A stretch of DNA of 64,000 nt. Source: Amoebophrya sp. A120 (Eukaryota > Protista > Dinoflagellata). Below are positions 61,371 to 64,000 of this stretch, in pieces; position 1 is the first letter of the stretch; each line of letters opens with the position of its first letter. The notes beneath the pieces were generated by a model. That model had not been told where the DNA came from, did no database searches, and saw nothing but the letters and a program-made list of their open reading frames with translations. A program made the translations under genes and the position numbers. The stretch covers positions 8,872,449-8,936,448 of the forward strand of contig CAJINV010000005.1 of assembly GCA_905178155.1 (NCBI GenBank), given 5' to 3'.

Positions 61371-64000
61371 CTTTGACGAGTTTAGAAGATTTTATATTTG
61401 TCGCTTTATCTTTTTCAAAAGGGTATTAATTTTCTAAAACTAAGTATAACGCTCTCGATTCTTATTGCTGGTGCTGTCCTGCTAGAAGAACAAGAAGTTG
61501 CTGTACGTATTGGTGATATAGACGGACGCTCTTGCCGCGTGGGTGCGTAAAAATGCGTGTAGAAATGATTCGTCGCGGCGGAATGGGATTGAGTACTATG
61601 TCTATGAGGACCTGTAGTTGCAGTGTTTCAAGAAAGCTGCTATCACTATCGCTATCAACGACAGGAGGGCTACAACAGTAAATACGACGGCGACGCGGCA
61701 GAAGTGGCCTGACGATGCAAGAACTAGCTGTCTTTTGGCTTCTTTACTCTTTGACAACTCTACTCCCTGCTCCTGATGGAAACTGTTTGTTCTCCTGTGT
61801 CGCTAATTTGTCATGCTAATATGCAGAAGTACTGACTGAGAAGGTGGAAGAAACCTATATCTATAAAGAACTACGCTACTAAAACCGGAACAAGCTTTAC
61901 GACTTCAAATTGCTATCAATGACTATCGTTCGCCACCATTGACCTGACTGGGATTGGAAAATAGCATTTTCTAGCTACGAAAAATCTGCATAGTACGAGT
62001 ATAATGTTGTAGACACAATTTGATAGTGGCGTGAACGTGAAGAGAACAGATGAGCCAACCATTTATGATAGCCGCGAGGTCAACATGAGAAATTGTGCTG
62101 CTACAAAGCTGCTGCACTACACCGACTTTCAGATGTTTTCTCTTTGATTTTTTCGCACAACATGATTAGTGATCGCCATTTTGCGGCAGGGTCGATTTGC
62201 TGATCCAGTGATTTATCTGACTTTGATGCTTTCAGCTCACAAGCTTTTGCACAAAGAAAATCTTCCGACTGTAACTGTGATTGGCACTACAGGACAAGAA
62301 TGGCACTTTTTCTCGCACAAGAATTTTTCCTTCTCCATCTTGTAGTTGACGACGTCGTACGACTTTGTCGTGCCAGTGAATCCACACGACTTCGTGCCAA
62401 TTCGCTCGAAAGCAGTCCCACAACGTCCGATGTCTATTTTGATTTCCACACAAGAATCAATATTGCCCGAGTTTGTCGTCCACAAAGAAGACTTGGATAA
62501 AAGAACAAGAACGCGGCAAAGTACGCAACACACGACAACAAGCGTGCACACAACACTTGCGCAGCAATAGCATTTCAATCACGCGCACGCCATTACTCCT
62601 GCACAACACGATGTTGCACTAACTGTGAGAAGACAAATCGAAGAACTAAAGAGCTTTCTTCATTGTCATCTAAAAAAACAAAATTGAGCAGACATTTTTG
62701 AAGACGCATTTTTGTCTCATTGAAAAGAACTTTGCAGAGAGGAGCAGAGCACTAGCGCACGTCAGCTCTTTTTCCCCCCACCAGCGGTTCCCTCTCCCTC
62801 TTTTTCTGCGAGGGCCGCTAGGGAGGTCGAGTGGTTTTGATTTTTCATCCATTTTTCCCGTGCGGCATTACCGTTTGCTTGCAGGAAGTGAAATTCTTTT
62901 GAGAAAAAAGTACAGTATGGTCCGCGTGTCGGCGAGGGGGCGTATGTACCTCTAGACCACTCCTGCATATCTGTAGTTTTCGACGTTGTGTTCATACTTA
63001 CTGCACCTAGGGTAGTTGTGCTTGTTCGGGTTGCGCTGTTTTCTCAAAAAATTTGAAGCCCCAAGAACTTCTTCACTGCAATTCATTAGTGCGATGGATT
63101 TAACAGTACTAAACCACTCTGAGGAAAGACAAAGAGATGTTCATTGTCATAGTGCACAATACGATACGAAATGATCGTGCTATATTTTTTTGCATTTGGG
63201 CGGGTTTTGAGATGTATGCAGATGAGTACGTAGGTCAGCATCAAACCCAGCTTCTTCTAAATTTTTATCTGTGGCACTTCAATAGTACTACACCTGTGTT
63301 CTCTAGACCAATGACAGCTCGATTTTTTTGTGGCGCCAGTCGAAGTACTTACTAGGACAACTGCGTGCATCTACAGGTGTTTGTAGTAGCTCCTACTTCA
63401 TGCTGATTCGGTAGTAGAACCAGCTACAAAACCCGACTCGGCTTCGAGTCGCCTGGACGAAAACGTGGACTCTGGCTTATATACATCGTAGTTTCAGGAG
63501 GTTTGTATTCGTTTACGTTTTTTGTTTTTTCTATAGCCTCCTCATATTTTTGCAAAATCTCCGGCATTATGCAAAACTTAACCACTAAATACTTTATTTT
63601 CTACCTGTTTTAAACTACCTGTAATTTGTTCTTGCGTCGAAGGTCCATGCGCTTTTTTTGTTCTTCGTGCTGTTGCAATTGAAGCCTCTAACTACTTATG
63701 TTGGGTTTTCATTGCAAAAGCAAAACCCGGGTCACAATCTGGTTGTTCTGCTATAAAGGTCCTATAGAACTCTGAGAAAAGATGTGCATCGGCAAAAACC
63801 ATTTTCTGCTGGTGCGGCATAGATAAAAAATGGGCAGTGAAAAGGGACTTAAAAAACCACTCGAGGTGCTTGTCGACTGTAAGAGGCCGCTATATTTCTG
63901 TGCTTGTTATGGCGGTAAAACATCTAACAGACAGGCTTCGAAACGAAAACTTCGAAGATTAGATGCACTCTGTCTAGTAGAACGCGCTACAGTAGTTGTT

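Overview
Eukaryotic draft-scaffold window (three 100-N gaps). Every gene I can reconstruct lies on the minus strand. The genes are split by dozens of 150-460 bp elements with terminal inverted repeats (TIRs), almost all starting TAT and ending ATA, flanked by 5-bp direct repeats (DRs). Removing each element plus 5 nt restores continuous reading frames, so they behave as non-canonical introns (introners). At least 10 TIR families are present. This matches the published architecture of the parasitic dinoflagellate Amoebophrya (Syndiniales), but the taxon is an inference. The only recognisable protein is a ~910-aa atypical MAPK-like/CMGC kinase (52079-61370). Inside it, the splice acceptor plus the catalytic-loop codons VLHRDIKRENIF occur five times, separated by four unrelated 0.6-1.6 kb inserts, which looks like repeated site-specific integration into one site of the gene. 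Also present are several hypothetical genes, GC-rich minisatellites, a nested foldback element and a ~460-bp tandem duplication. No tRNA, rRNA, CRISPR array or recognisable transposase was found. All coordinates and splice models were read by hand.
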